Positions 35,573-47,910 of a DNA stretch of 57,468 bases are shown piece by piece (positions within the stretch are counted from its first letter, which is position 1; the number at the start of each line of letters is the position of its first letter). The notes under the pieces were generated by a model. That model did not search any database, had not been told where the DNA came from, and was given only the letters and a program-made list of their open reading frames with translations. Source of the DNA: Hydrolagus affinis (Eukaryota). Made by a program: the position numbers and the translations under genes. The DNA lies in contig JAAILG010002138.1 of assembly GCA_012026655.1 (NCBI GenBank), forward strand, positions 1 through 57,468, in the 5' to 3' direction.

Positions 35573-37253
35573 AGCTGACATTTGGAAATATAATATATTT
35601 TACAGAACGATATTATTTTCATGTCATAATAAGTCATCATATATGGTATCATGCTTCTAGTATAACCGTGCTCACTGATACACTGTCAACTATAGAAATT
35701 ATTCAGCATGTGAATACGACCTAGATAGCATACTCAGGTGTGTGGCTCTTGAGTAAGGACCCCCCCACTCACACCATCATTTCCAAGCTCAGTGCTTTGC
35801 TTTTGAGTATCCTCTGTGAGAATCATGGTAATGTAGTCAAGGTATGTTGAAAATATTGCTGCACCTTAGCCTGAGTGAAATTCTTCAGATGAGCAATCAT
35901 TTGTTAAAGGGACATGGAATAAATCCAGTGGCATTCAGTGAAAAATAGCAGTTAATCGATTAAAAACCTCACCTGGGTGGGGACATTATTTTATTCACCT
36001 GTCCATTTTGTCCCATTGGTTTCTTTCACGTTTTCAGTCAAGTGAATACAGTTGGATTTCCTTTTTGATTTCTGCAGCAGCCTCCCAGCCACAGCAATGC
36101 TCCACAATGCCCTCTTCATTGCCCTGTGTTATTGACAATAATGAGAATTGTTCTTTGCTGAACTTCAGATGCTAATTTTGTTGGATATTAGGGAGAAATT
36201 AAGAATAAAGACCATCCCAATTTTTTACCGCCTGATTCCTTAGATGGCTGCACCACCATCTTATGCCCTGATATCTACAGGGAACCTTATTAGCATACAC
36301 TGTGGTCCTGCGCAAATCTTGATTGCTTTAGACAAGCATAGCTTTAATTGAGAGAAATGCCTGTGAAAGTGGTTCAGGTGCGAAAGCTGCAGTTCTCAGC
36401 AAATTAAATCCATAGTAATGATTGAGTGCTTCTTGTCTTAGTCCCTGCTTATGATAGATTTAATACTGCATTTTAATCACTGCCCTCAGTGGCCCCAGTC
36501 ATATTGCTGTTTTTATTATCCTGTTTTCAAGCAGAATAGTAGATTCATTCCTGTGAGCTGCACAGCTATTGCTTCTTATGTCTTTGGTGCTCGCTTTGCT
36601 GATGACTGACACATTGCCGAGCGGCCACAGATTCCCAGCATGTCCTGTGCTCTTCAAATAATTTAATTCAAAGTTAACATGATGTGTCATGGGGAAATTT
36701 CCACTGGTTCTTGAAGCCTCAAGGACTACTTCACTGTGGGGCTTCAAGGACTTTTGCATAATAGTTGCATCTCATCATTACCATTTTCTTCAAACTGTGT
36801 CACATTATAACTAACCTCTTACAAATAATTTTCATTCAATGAATTATAATCAAATTACAGGTTGAAAACACTCTTTCATATATACACACACACACAAACA
36901 TATACCATAGATATAAACTCACTGCTCCTAATTAGGCGTATCCAAAATGTATAAATGCACTCGCAAAGTTTGTGGTTTCACCTAAAGGCTCAATAATTCC
37001 AGTGAGTTCCTTTCTAATGTTGATGTTCCTCAACATGGCTCCTTGTATTTGTTTGTGAGTCACTGGAATAGTAGACAGATAGACCCAAATTGTGAATTGG
37101 AGCAGAACCCACATCCTTTTTTCCAACTTTTCAATAAAAAAAACACCCTCTGGACTCTTCAAATATCTGTTACACAATCCATTCCCTTTCTTTGAAGATT
37201 GAAACATAAATGCAATTGAAGATGGCCGATATAATCAGTGGGGAATTTGGGTA

Positions 37254-37573
37254 TAATAATAATCCTTGCATTGATATAGCGTTTTTCATGTCTTCTCGAC
37301 GTCTCAAAGCGCTTCACGGAATATACTGTAAAGTGAATTTGTTGTATATTTGTGGGCAAAGTGTGGCAGCTAATTCCACACAGCAGTATCCTACAAACAG
37401 TCATGGATTGAAATGACCAATTTATTTTTGTAGTGATTTTTTTTTCTTGAGTGATTATTACTGTATTAGGCTTGTGGAGTAAGAAACTTGCCCAAGGTTT
37501 TGCTCTGCCTGGAATCAAACCCAGGTCTCTCGCATGTAAGGCAAGTGCTCCAACCACTGAGCAATAGGACTCC
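37254..37573 (-). mobile_element. Young SINE, full length
   Basis: Head ggagtcctattgctcagtggttggagcacttgcc...gtttgattcc, family body, (ATT)n tail. Confidence 0.93.
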
Positions 37574-37591
37574 ATGGGAGTCTCTATGTAT

Positions 37592-37665
37592 ATCAATCAA
37601 TCAATCAATCAATCAAAACTTACATTTATATGGTGCCTTTCACGTCGAGAGGACGCCCTACACTT
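37592..37665 (-). mobile_element. L2 3' tip with (ATTG)n tail
   Basis: (atca)6 then aaacttacatttatatggtgcctttcacgtcgagaggacgccc. Confidence 0.75.
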
Positions 37666-40600
37666 AGGTAGGGACAAGATAATGTATAGTGGGCCAATTA
37701 CAGCCTGACCCATTTTTGCAATGAACTTTCTTGGGATCTTAAGATGCTGATGCATCTTGTTAAACTGATATAAAACTATGACTAATTTATTTTTGCTGAG
37801 ATTAGGGAAGATGCTGAATATTGCACCTTGGACTACAGATTCTACCATTTCCTGCCTAGCAATAGTCTAACCATCCTCATAGGTTTTATTAAATTATCAC
37901 ATCAGTAATAATAATAATACCAGTAGATCCTTAACTTAATGCAGAAACATAAATTGACTCAGCCGCAAAATTAGGTGGTAAATTCTTGGAAAGAGCATTC
38001 ATAAGCCTGAAGATATGTGTAGGCATCAGACCGAGGCTCCAGAATGTTTACATAAAATTCTTTATTCAAGATTCAAGATTTGGTTATATCTGCAACATTT
38101 AATTTTCATTCAGACCAAGTATGTTTGTGCTAATAATAACAATTTCAACCACTGTTCATATTGTTTGGTAAGTCGTAATGGTTCTCAGTCTTAAATTCTT
38201 TTTTGCCGATATATCTTTATTGACATAAGGGCGGTTACTCAAAAGTCTTTTTACAAATTACATCTGGTAACTTTACAGAAAAGTGAGATAGTATAAAATG
38301 TATCTATTTTCACACAATAAATGATGTACCGTAGAAAAGCAATATCTCTTGTTGGACGTGAAGCCAAACTACAACAATACACTTTATCGTTTACACCATA
38401 GTTGGCTGAGAAATGATCATATATCAGCGGTGGGCGTAAAATATGGCATTTGTGAGTCCATTCTTACTGATGAGCCATTATATAATAGCAGGGGGGTGAC
38501 AATAAATTCAAAGGGATGCATAATTAGTGCATAATTCATTTCAGCATTCACGCAGCCATTTGACTTTGTCTCCCATCCAAGCTGCTTATGACATGGCACA
38601 TGATTTATCAATAGTCCACACATTCAAATTAATTTTCTCTTCATTGTGATATGATGAAGTGTCTTCAGCAGTACATGGGCAAGCATAGCACCACCTGCTT
38701 CCAGTCCTCTGTGTTTCATTGTAGCCAAGTTGAAATATTTATTGGGGCAAAAAAAACAATTCTAATAATCTATGGCCACTACGTTATAAATTTTCCTGTG
38801 TCATTCTTTTCTCCCAATTAAAACCACCAGGCTGTGCTATCTGATAAGTTACTACATATCTCCCTTTATGCTGGGATTAGTTTTTAAATAAATAAAGTGT
38901 AAAATTATGTCTTATTTAATTTACCAACTGGCACACTGAATCCCTGCCATTATTTTTTTTTAATAGTTAATAATGTGAATAGAGGCAGCCGAGTGTTCAC
39001 TAAGTCAGTTTTAGGCAGTTTTACTCAACTGCTTGCTTGATACTCCTCATAACCACAACACGTAACCAGACTCAAAACGATTTCCAATATAATGGCAGCA
39101 TTTCTTTTCAAATATAGTTCCATGAAATGGCACAAACCAGAAATAAACATGCCTGTAGAAGGTAATGGTAATTCTTAGCTGATGTTTAAAAGAGATATTG
39201 ATGGTGATGGCAGCTTTTTAGATATTGGTACCTTCATGAGGACCTATAGCATTGCTCCATAACAAAACATGGAGAAGCAAGACATCAGATTGAATCTCAA
39301 TAAACCATTTCATGCCAAAGCAATAAACTGGTTTGCTATTGCATATAAAAACTACTTTGTACATTCAAGCTGATTCGTGAGACATTACTGCAAATTCGCT
39401 CCACATGTTGTTTGCTTCACTTTATTTATTGCAGGTGCCTTGTGTACTTGAAACCTAACCCATTTGATTATTAATATTCACTTCCTTCAGCGTACTGTGT
39501 GCACATTGCAGAGGGAGTTGATCAAGGCAGCAAAGTGTTTATTTAATCCGTATCTACAATCAATGTACCGTAGAACAGTAGAAGAATGCACATAAGAGAT
39601 ACTTGAAACTTCCCTGTCACTGTTGAAGAGTACACATGACTGCAGAAATTGCCTTGAGTTAGCATGTTCTTTCTTGTACTGTATTATTCTACACTCACTT
39701 AAAAAGCTGCAGCCTAATAGCTGAAGGGAAACTCGGATATTTTATCAAGATAACCACCAAGTGGATTGTCACACACCACTCCATTCCACCTGCCAAAGGA
39801 GAGATCCTGACTTAAACAAATCCAAATCACCATAACTATGGCAACATACTTTTGTTAAGAATATGATTGAGCTTACTTTCTATTTGTATTATTGTTATAC
39901 AATATTATGCTAGCTGGTGAAATAAAAAATAGTCAAATGAAAAAGGTATGATACTGGCAGAACATTTCTTGTAAACAGATATTGAAGTAAACCTGTATGA
40001 ACAGGTAGTAGAATAACACTCCTCTTAGAAAGAGATTCCTCCTGACTTCTAAACAACTACTGATCAACCAATAAGGAGCAGAAGTATAGACGTCAATGAA
40101 AATGAATGCCTTTGATCAATAAGCATTGAATTTCCACCTGAATCCATTAATTCCAGTCTCCACCACCATTAGTTGTTGGGAAGAGTCCTATGTTACATGC
40201 TTGCCTCTATTGGGGTGAAATTTGCGGCATTTCATAACACATTCATGTGATGAATTATTAAACAGCAGAACTTTCATTCCAGTATTTCGTTTCAAGACTG
40301 CATCTTTCTTCTCCTGATCAGAATCTGTAACTTTAAGGTGACGATTACCTCACGATTCCGTGCCATGAAAGGCACGGGAATCCACCTTCACAAGTTCCCC
40401 TCTAAAAGCATTACAAAAGGCAGTATATCTTCAGCTATGTCTGGCTGTTTTCTTCTGCACATATATGTGATTTCAGGCTTGTCTGCACTCAGGGACCTTT
40501 GACAGACCAGGAAGGGTCCCCAGACAGAAAGCAATTGAAAATACTGTGTGTTCAAAACTTCCCTTCTATATAGTTTTTGTTAGTTCTATCACAGTGTTTA

Positions 40601-40919
40601 TAAGGTGACTTGGACAACACCAACCAGGCTGAGTGTTGCAGTGCTCCTTCTATCAATTGACATTTATAATATAAAAATAGATTAAGTCTGTCTTTATCAG
40701 CTTTCTTTCTGCAGTTTTTTCCTTTTCTCATTACAGCACCTTCCTACAGCACCTCATTCAGTTGACTTTGTGTCAGTCGGAATTATCCCATTAATTCAAT
40801 TTTTTACCCCAAATAGAAGGTTATCTTGCTTTGTGATTGTTGTTGAGGATATTTCGCAGCACAGTGACATTATGCTTTGCAGTTAGCAACATTGTAGATC
40901 CTGGATAAATACAGACATT

Positions 40920-41161
40920 GTGCACTCTTTCAATTCTCTCCTCGTTGGTCATCTTAGTTCTGTGAGTCTTATCCCTATAATGTTCCTCACTCCTGTTACC
41001 CTGTCCTCACTCCCATTACCCTGTCCTCACTATACTCCATCCCTATTCTGTAACCTCGCCCGGGCTAACCATCGAGAGAACAACCACTTTGCTGAGCTTT
41101 CTTTTGGGACACTCTCCCAAAGTGAAATGCGCTATATATAGTATATGAAATTTGTTGTTGT
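40920..41161 (+). mobile_element. L2 3'UTR fragment with short internal tandem duplication
   Basis: ttaccctgtcctcact repeated; ttgggacactctcccaaagtgaaatgcgctatata...ttgttgttg. Confidence 0.65.
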
Positions 41162-41339
41162 ATGTTTTGGACACATAGCTCAACACAAATCACTGCATTT
41201 AATAGACATTTCATAAGGGTAATGTGAAAATTTCACCTTATGATGCTTTATATGCATCTTTTTCTCTTCTATGACCACAAGGTCCAGACAAAAGCCTGCT
41301 TGTACTCACATAATGCTGAACAGGAAACAAGAACTTATC

Positions 41340-41745
41340 AAACAACAACAAAATTACACTTGTATAGCGGCTTTTACGTCAGGAGGACGTCCTAAGGTGC
41401 TGGATAGTCATTGTTTCAGACCCGAGCTGGGATCAGGGACAAGGAGGGAGGAGGGAAAGGGGGGGGAAATTGGGGTGACCGATGGGACCATCAAAGAGGA
41501 GGGTCTTGAGGAGGGACTTGAAGGAGGCCTGGGAGGGGGCAAGGTGGAGGAACTGCAGGATGGAGTTCCAGAGGTTCGGGGCAGAGTGGCTGCAGGCTTG
41601 CCCCCCAATGGTGGGGGCGTGTGGGTTGGGGGACATGGAGCAGACTGCTGAGTGGAAGGGGCGGGCGGGTTGGTAGGAGGTCGCAGAGGTAGGGTGGGGC
41701 GAGGCTATGGAGGGCTTTGAATGTGAAAACAGAAACACTGATCAG
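41340..41745 (-). mobile_element. L2 LINE 3' fragment
   Basis: Minus frames give FTFKALHSLAPPYLCDLL and APNLWNSI...SFKSLLKTLLFD; (caa)n tail at 41340. Confidence 0.92.
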
Positions 41746-42584
41746 GTGCATGCATAGACTGGAGTTTCTTGAGGAAGTGAAATGCATTTGGCCATAGGCA
41801 ATTTGTGCTTGCTTCAGGACAAATGTAGAAAGTAACCCCTGTCTGTGGTAAACCACAGTCCATTATAAACTAATTCCTGTGTACTTTACATCAATAAACA
41901 CAGCTGTTTTTCACCTAATACACACCAGTCTATTCAGACTAGTTGGTGTTCTTTGAAACTATATAAACTGAGGTTTTCTGTTCTACACAAGCTTGAGGGC
42001 ATAGATTGGTCCCTGAAGCACTTATCAAGCCACTGCTCCTCCTCAGCGATTAAAACAAACTGCATAATATTGTTAGCAAAACCGCTAATGTTTATAGGAC
42101 GTTGTCTTGCGTGTTAAATGCTTCTGAAAGACAACACGTTTGTCAAGATACCCTAACCCTAACCATAAACTAAGTTAAGTGTTGTAGTTCTCTTTAATCA
42201 TCATTGAAGCAAACTCCCAAGAATGGTATCTGCACTTGTGCAAAGACAATAACTAGAAATGTAAATATATTCAATAGGTATGTTGGATAATTTACCATAA
42301 CTGATAAAACAAAGATTTAAAAAAGTATATTCATTACAATGTTCAACATACAAAAGATCAAGAACCTGTAATTAGGTCTCAGAAAAATAATATTATTCTG
42401 TCACTGTTATTGCTGCATTTTGTGGTTGTTGTTACTGATGAAAAGAGAAATTAGGTTTATGTTGATAATACCATGTGCCATGATAACTACCATGTGGTTC
42501 ATATTAATTAAAATTTTCAGCATAAACATGAACATACATCTGAGACATTGTATGGAAAATGTTACATGTGGGTACAATGATGAT

Positions 42585-42950
42585 AATAATTATCCTTGCA
42601 TTTGATGTAGCTTCTTTCATGTTAGAAATATGCCTCAACGTACTTCACAGGATTTACTGTAAAAGCAAAGTGGCTGTACTTTGATAGTGAACTTGGCAGC
42701 CAATGGGTGCACAGTAACGACCCACAAATGGCCAAATAACAAATGGCCAATGACCAATTTTCTCCAGCCAATTTTTGTCTTGGGAATTAGCCAGGACACC
42801 AGAAGAAACTCCCTTCTCATTTTTGATTAGTATTATAGGTTCTTTAACATCCACCTAAACAGACTCATCCAAAGAGTGACACATCCAACAATGCAGCACT
42901 CCCCCCAGGACTGCATTGCAGTGTTAGCCTAGGCTGTGAGTTCAAAGACC
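42585..42950 (-). mobile_element. Old DeuSINE-type SINE
   Basis: tatccttgcatttgat...gccaggacaccagaagaaactccc...tctttaacatccacctaaacag...caatgcagcactccc. Confidence 0.8.
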
Positions 42951-43774
42951 TGATGTGTTAACAGATATTCCACTGTCTGTCAGCACTAAGAATTAGATGT
43001 ACACAATCTGGACTTTCCTCCGATTTTTCCCTCCTCAGCACAAAGGAGCTGTGTAAAAATAGAAATAGCTATTTTCAATGCAAACTGACATTGAAATTGT
43101 ACAATCTGTGTGGAGGACTTGAGGTTGATTGATACTACGGGTCAGCTTAATAGCTACTGGCTTTAAACCCAACTACATTCATGAAGTCAGGAGTGTGTTC
43201 TGCTGCACAGCCAGTCATCAACTGGGACAACAACAGAAGACAATCTTCCTAAGATGTAACAATTATTCACCTCATTGTGCTTTTTCAAACCTCATGTTTA
43301 CTTTCCCTATTTTCCTTCTTGATATCCATCCATATGTTCTCTCAGCCACAACCTTGCTTCCTCTGCCACCTATCTCACTCTCAGGGAGAAAGAAGCTTTT
43401 TGCATTTTGCATGTGCTCTTTGTATACATAACGTCCTTGGATTTAGCGATTAGCTCCCGAATTAGCACCAGTGATGACTGTCACATCCAATGCATTTTTC
43501 ACTCCATGGGACTTGATAATATCTCTTTGCTAAAGGTGAAAATGCCAAGTACAAAAATGAGCACCAAAGTTATGATCTTCTATCAAAAGGTTGAAGCCAG
43601 AAAGTTCTGCTATTGCCCCAATCTGGAAACAAACTGTGCAGTGAAGTGACAACAAACTGAACATAAACAATATCAACTATGAATCTAATGTTTTTCCTGG
43701 ATCTCTCTGTTCTCCTTCCAATGCCCTAACTCTGATCTCTATCCTCAGGGCTGATGTTGGAAGAAAGTTGGTCA

Positions 43775-43990
43775 GCCAGAGCACCACTAGATTAGCCTCA
43801 CTGTCCCCGAACTAGGGATAGAAAAATTCAGCCAAGCTTCCTGCCTTTGGTGGAGTGACCCTTGTTGGATAGAGTAAACATGCGTGTCACATCAAGACAG
43901 GATCAGCTTCTGCTGTCATGCCCCTCAGTCTAGATTTGCATGTGGACAATTTGGATGAAATGCTGAAGATAATGTGAAACCCTAAAAGCA
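43775..43990 (+). mobile_element. Ancient SINE fragment (AmnSINE2-like, from memory)
   Basis: ttagcctcactgtcccc...aaaattcagccaagcttcctg...agtgacccttgttgga...gacaggatcagcttctgctgtcatgccc. Confidence 0.5.
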
Positions 43991-44904
43991 TGAAAGGAGC
44001 TTGAAACACAAGAGGAACGAAAGTGGTGTAATATAGGATCGCAACCATTAAGTAGTTTCATTGATATTTAATTTTTCTATTATGTAAACGGTATTATTAA
44101 ATCTTAAATTACACTGCTTTACTTATTTTTGCTGTATTGCAAACCAGTAGCATATCATGTTTCCCTCTAATGATATAGCTCAGTCATTTTCAGGGAAATA
44201 ATGTCTTTTATTTAAGATTTGTTTTGTGTTCAGCAGCTATTTTTACTTCCTTTGCGGCTGTCATATTTGCAAGTTGGTACCAAGTAATGTAATCTAATTG
44301 CAATGTAATGTAATTGATCCTATAATAGATTCCAAGAGGCCCTGCTGGGAAGGGCTGTAATTATTGGATTGGTTAATGGGATAATAGAATGAGCCAAGAC
44401 CCTGCCTGTAACATTGACCAGTCAGCATTGAAGGGAGCACAACATTATTGCTTACATCAGGACTTTGTCTTAAGTACACCCTGCATTATTTCCAAAAACT
44501 GGTAGCAAAAGAGTGCAGTGCTCTATACATCTCATAGACAACATGATTAATTCACAGGAAAGGGGCCTGAATCAAGGTAGATGCAAGGTTATTAAATGAA
44601 ATGTTATCCCCACAACAGTTTCTCTCCTTGTACTATTTCTAAATTTGTTTTGTGAAAACATATAAAGCTCCAACCCATGGTGTAACCTTCTCAAGGGATC
44701 ACAAAACCTCCACATGTTTCCTCATTTCCATCTTATTTCCCTGGCAAGTCCAAAGACTTTGTAACTGGAATTACAAATACCCTGAAATCTACGCTTAGAT
44801 CATTTTCAAGTGATCCTAGTTTTTTTTTATTATTCCAGTGTAAGAAGATGTTTTAAATTTGCTGATAGTAGATGGAATGGCACTGTAGGAGATATTCACC
44901 TGAA

Positions 44905-45288
44905 AGAATTCAAGATACTCGTCCTCACTTTCAAGGCCATCCACGGCCTTCCCCCTTCCTATCTCACTGATCTGCTGACCCCCTATTAACCTGTCTGCTC
45001 CCTCCATTCAGCAGGCTCCAGCCTGCTCCATGTGTCCCACCCTACCATCAACAGACGGGCTTTCAGCCTCCACACTTTGGAACTCCATCCCACAATCACA
45101 TCATCTTGATCCCTGCCCTTGCCCCCTTCAAGACTGGTCTCAAGACCGTGCTTTTCAGACCCCTCTACCGCTCTGCCCTCTCTCATCCTAACCTTGCACC
45201 CACCCCACCTTGATCCCTGACTGTTCAGCACCTTTGGACATCCTCCAGACGTGAAAAGCACTCTACAAATGTAATTTTGTTGTTGTTT
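44905..45288 (+). mobile_element. L2 LINE 3' fragment
   Basis: FKILVLTFKAIHGLPPSYLTDLL; tail gtgaaaagcactctacaaatgtaattttgttgttg. Confidence 0.9.
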
Positions 45289-45289
45289 T

Positions 45290-45525
45290 TGAGATGTTCA
45301 ACCCAAATCCCTTCTGCCTTTTGAAGTGGATATTATGATCCAACCACTCATCAAGGGAAGCGAGTTTCACCCAGAGCCTGTGCTAAGGAGGCTCCAGGTT
45401 AATTGACCATTCATCTCATGGCTGTTTATGCATTCTTTTGTAAACAGCTGCCATATTTGCTATAAAAAATGTCACAATTTTTACCAGTACAGTAATCACT
45501 CGTGAAGCACTTTGAGATGCTTTAA
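45290..45525 (+). mobile_element. Diverged DeuSINE-type fragment
   Basis: tgagatgttcaacccaaatccc...gtggatattatgatcc...catggctgttt...gtgaagcactttgagatg. Confidence 0.6.
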
Positions 45526-45667
45526 CTTAACAAGGGTTGAGTGTTGAGTTTTAATTGTCATCTGATATCCACAGATTGCAAATATTGGGAGTGATCGGGG
45601 AATTATCCTGTAAACAGGACTCTTAAGTTATTTAAATATAAAATAAAAACAGGTGTCATTCGGACTT

Positions 45668-45765
45668 TGCAGCAGATTAGGCAGCATCTACAGAGATGGA
45701 GGAAAATGAGTTAACATTTCAGGTCAATGACTTTTCACCTCTTGAGTTAATTGTCTGCTGAGTGG
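45668..45765. mobile_element. Relic of a Penelope-associated-type inverted repeat
   Basis: cagcagattaggcagcatct...gagttaacatttcaggtcaatgac resembles a common chondrichthyan repeat I recall; residual inverted arm tctgctgagt. Confidence 0.45.
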
Positions 45766-46419
45766 GAATGATCGTAAAAGGTTCCACTCCTTCCACTCAA
45801 CACCCTAGATTTTGATTTGCTTTGCCCCAGTCAGTTTTCTCGCTCCCTATCAAAAGCTACTTTGAGTAAGAGAAATTCCTAATAATTATATCGCTGAATA
45901 TGATTAAGGCTTCGTTAGAGCACTGTTTATAAGTAAAATAATTAATGAATGATTCCTGTTTGATCTAAAAGCAGTCAAGGTAAGCTTTCCAAATTCAATA
46001 AAAAGAGATGGTCACAGTCCACAATGCTTTGTATTCTGCGGCCTTGATTTGTAATACCACTGGCTCCACAACTGGAATTTCATAAAATATAAATGAAGAA
46101 CGATAATTCCCTTGTGTGAAATGATATTTAATGTGCGTATATCTGTGTGTGCAATAGGATGGGAGAGTAATAATTGTAAACAATGCTCACAGTTCAATCA
46201 TGAACTGCACATTCACAGAATAGATGGGATATTTGTCTCAAAAGCTTTCCAAGATTAAATTTACCAAGCAGCTAAGGGCTGCTTACAGGACGTTCAACAA
46301 ATTCAAAGAGCACCTGGATTTGCGTTTGGAGCTCATTAGTTCAAATGCTCTGCCAGGAATCCTAGCAGTCATCCCCTAATATGCTATTGTTCAGTTTATG
46401 GGATTCAATGGGAGAATAC

Positions 46420-46496
46420 GAACTGACTGTTCAGCACTTTGGGACGTCCTCCCGACGTGAAAGGCGCTATATAAGTGCAATTTTGTTGCTGTTGTT
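46420..46496 (+). mobile_element. L2 3' tip
   Basis: ctgactgttcagcactttgggacgtcctcccgacgtgaaaggcgctatataagtgcaattttgttgctgttg. Confidence 0.85.
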
Positions 46497-46689
46497 TTAT
46501 AAGAAGCAATAAGAGGCAATCTGGGGCATTGAGTAGGGCCTCATTGTGCTGTTCAGTTTAGATTTTGCAGTGTATTCTGCCAGTATTGTATAAAAGATTT
46601 CAAATCACATCAAAAGCTGTTCCACAGCTTCTTTTGGGTAAGTTCAGTTTGCTGTTCTAATTTTCTTGTCATATTAAAACTTCATTGGA

Positions 46690-46799
46690 GCGCATTGGGA
46701 ATGTTATTTGCACTCCTTACAGTAAATTCTGTGAAGGGCTTTGAGATGTCTAGAAGACATGAAATGCACTATATCAAATGCAAGGATTATTATTATTAT
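46690..46799 (+). mobile_element. Young SINE 3' end
   Basis: ctgtgaagggctttgagatgtctagaagacatgaaa...tcaaatgcaaggattattattatta. Confidence 0.85.
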
Positions 46800-47674
46800 G
46801 TCTGGTTTAGACAACTCCATACTATAGCAGTTTGGGGATTTGCCTTTTTTTCATGCCTAAATCTTTCTGCTTGTAGTTCCCACTCACCCCCAAGGGTAAA
46901 CCAAAAACAAGTCCATCAGCAGTAATCTATAAGAAACCATTGCATGTCTAAAAACAAGGCTACAGAGATCCATATGTTTGCATAGTTCACAAAAAGTGTA
47001 ATCAACTTAATGTTAAACCTTAATGTTTACTCACTGTTAAAAAATCTTTGAAAACTAACTCTGTAAAAACAAAAGTTATAAAAAGAAGCCTACTAGTTCT
47101 AGACCTGTTTTTATTTGATCCCTTTATTCCACCTCTGACCTATGCTCACTCCTCACCCTGCATCACATCTCTTTGAGTGCCAACTCATGTCCATTTAGAA
47201 GGTTCATGCTTGCTCTCGGTGACTGATTCCTTTTACTTTCTAAACAGGTTGGCTCCAGCACTCAGCCCTTGCTTAAAATGCTTGATCGATATAAATATGT
47301 CAAATATCATCAGCTATACCTTAGGTGTTGTCAGTTGATTCTTTTTTAACCTATGTTCCGAAAAACATCGACCATCTACATAATCATTTTTTAAATCATA
47401 TTTTATTTCCCTTTTCTATTGGATTTATTCTAAATGTTAATTTTCCTTGCTTGCATGCACGATGCATGATAAAACAGAAAGCTTAAAGGATTCGGTGTGC
47501 TGGCAGTCTTGATCTATTGCACAAATATGCTTTAAACATGAGATTTTACTGAATAAGCTGTTTTAATAATGAACCTGAAAAGGACAAAATATTTTGTATT
47601 TATGCAGCATCAGCTTTGCTGTAACAACAAACTATCTCGATTTATAAACTCTTTGAAGAATTTAGTTATTGGTT

Positions 47675-47910
47675 ATAATAACAATAATAATCCTTGGATT
47701 TGATATAGTACCTTATCATGTCGTCGAGGCATGTCAAAGATCTTCACAGGATATACTGTAAAGTGGATTGTGTATTTTGTGGGTGGAACGCTGCAGCCAG
47801 TAGTGAACAGCAATGTCTCACAAAGTAGCCATGGAATGAGTGATTAATTTTATTTGGGAATTGTTGACCAGGACACTGGGAGAAACTCCCTTCTGCTGTT
47901 TGAAAAAGTC
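47675..47910 (-). mobile_element. DeuSINE-type 3' part
   Basis: aataataatccttggatttgatatag...gttgaccaggacactgggagaaactccc. Confidence 0.8.

Noticed and set aside
39184-39262. EF-hand-like DIDGDG peptide
   Set aside because: The frame is short, stops soon after, and lacks the position-12 Glu and a donor site.
42149-42175. Second interstitial telomeric patch (ccctaaccctaaccataaactaa)
   Set aside because: Only two perfect units, without the inverted-repeat structure seen at 15878; too short to interpret.
45223-45247. REST/RE1 site in L2 3'UTR (ttcagcacctttggacatcc)
   Set aside because: The spacer is 3 nt rather than the canonical 2 and the right half deviates from GGACAGCGCC; it is just the L2 tail sequence.
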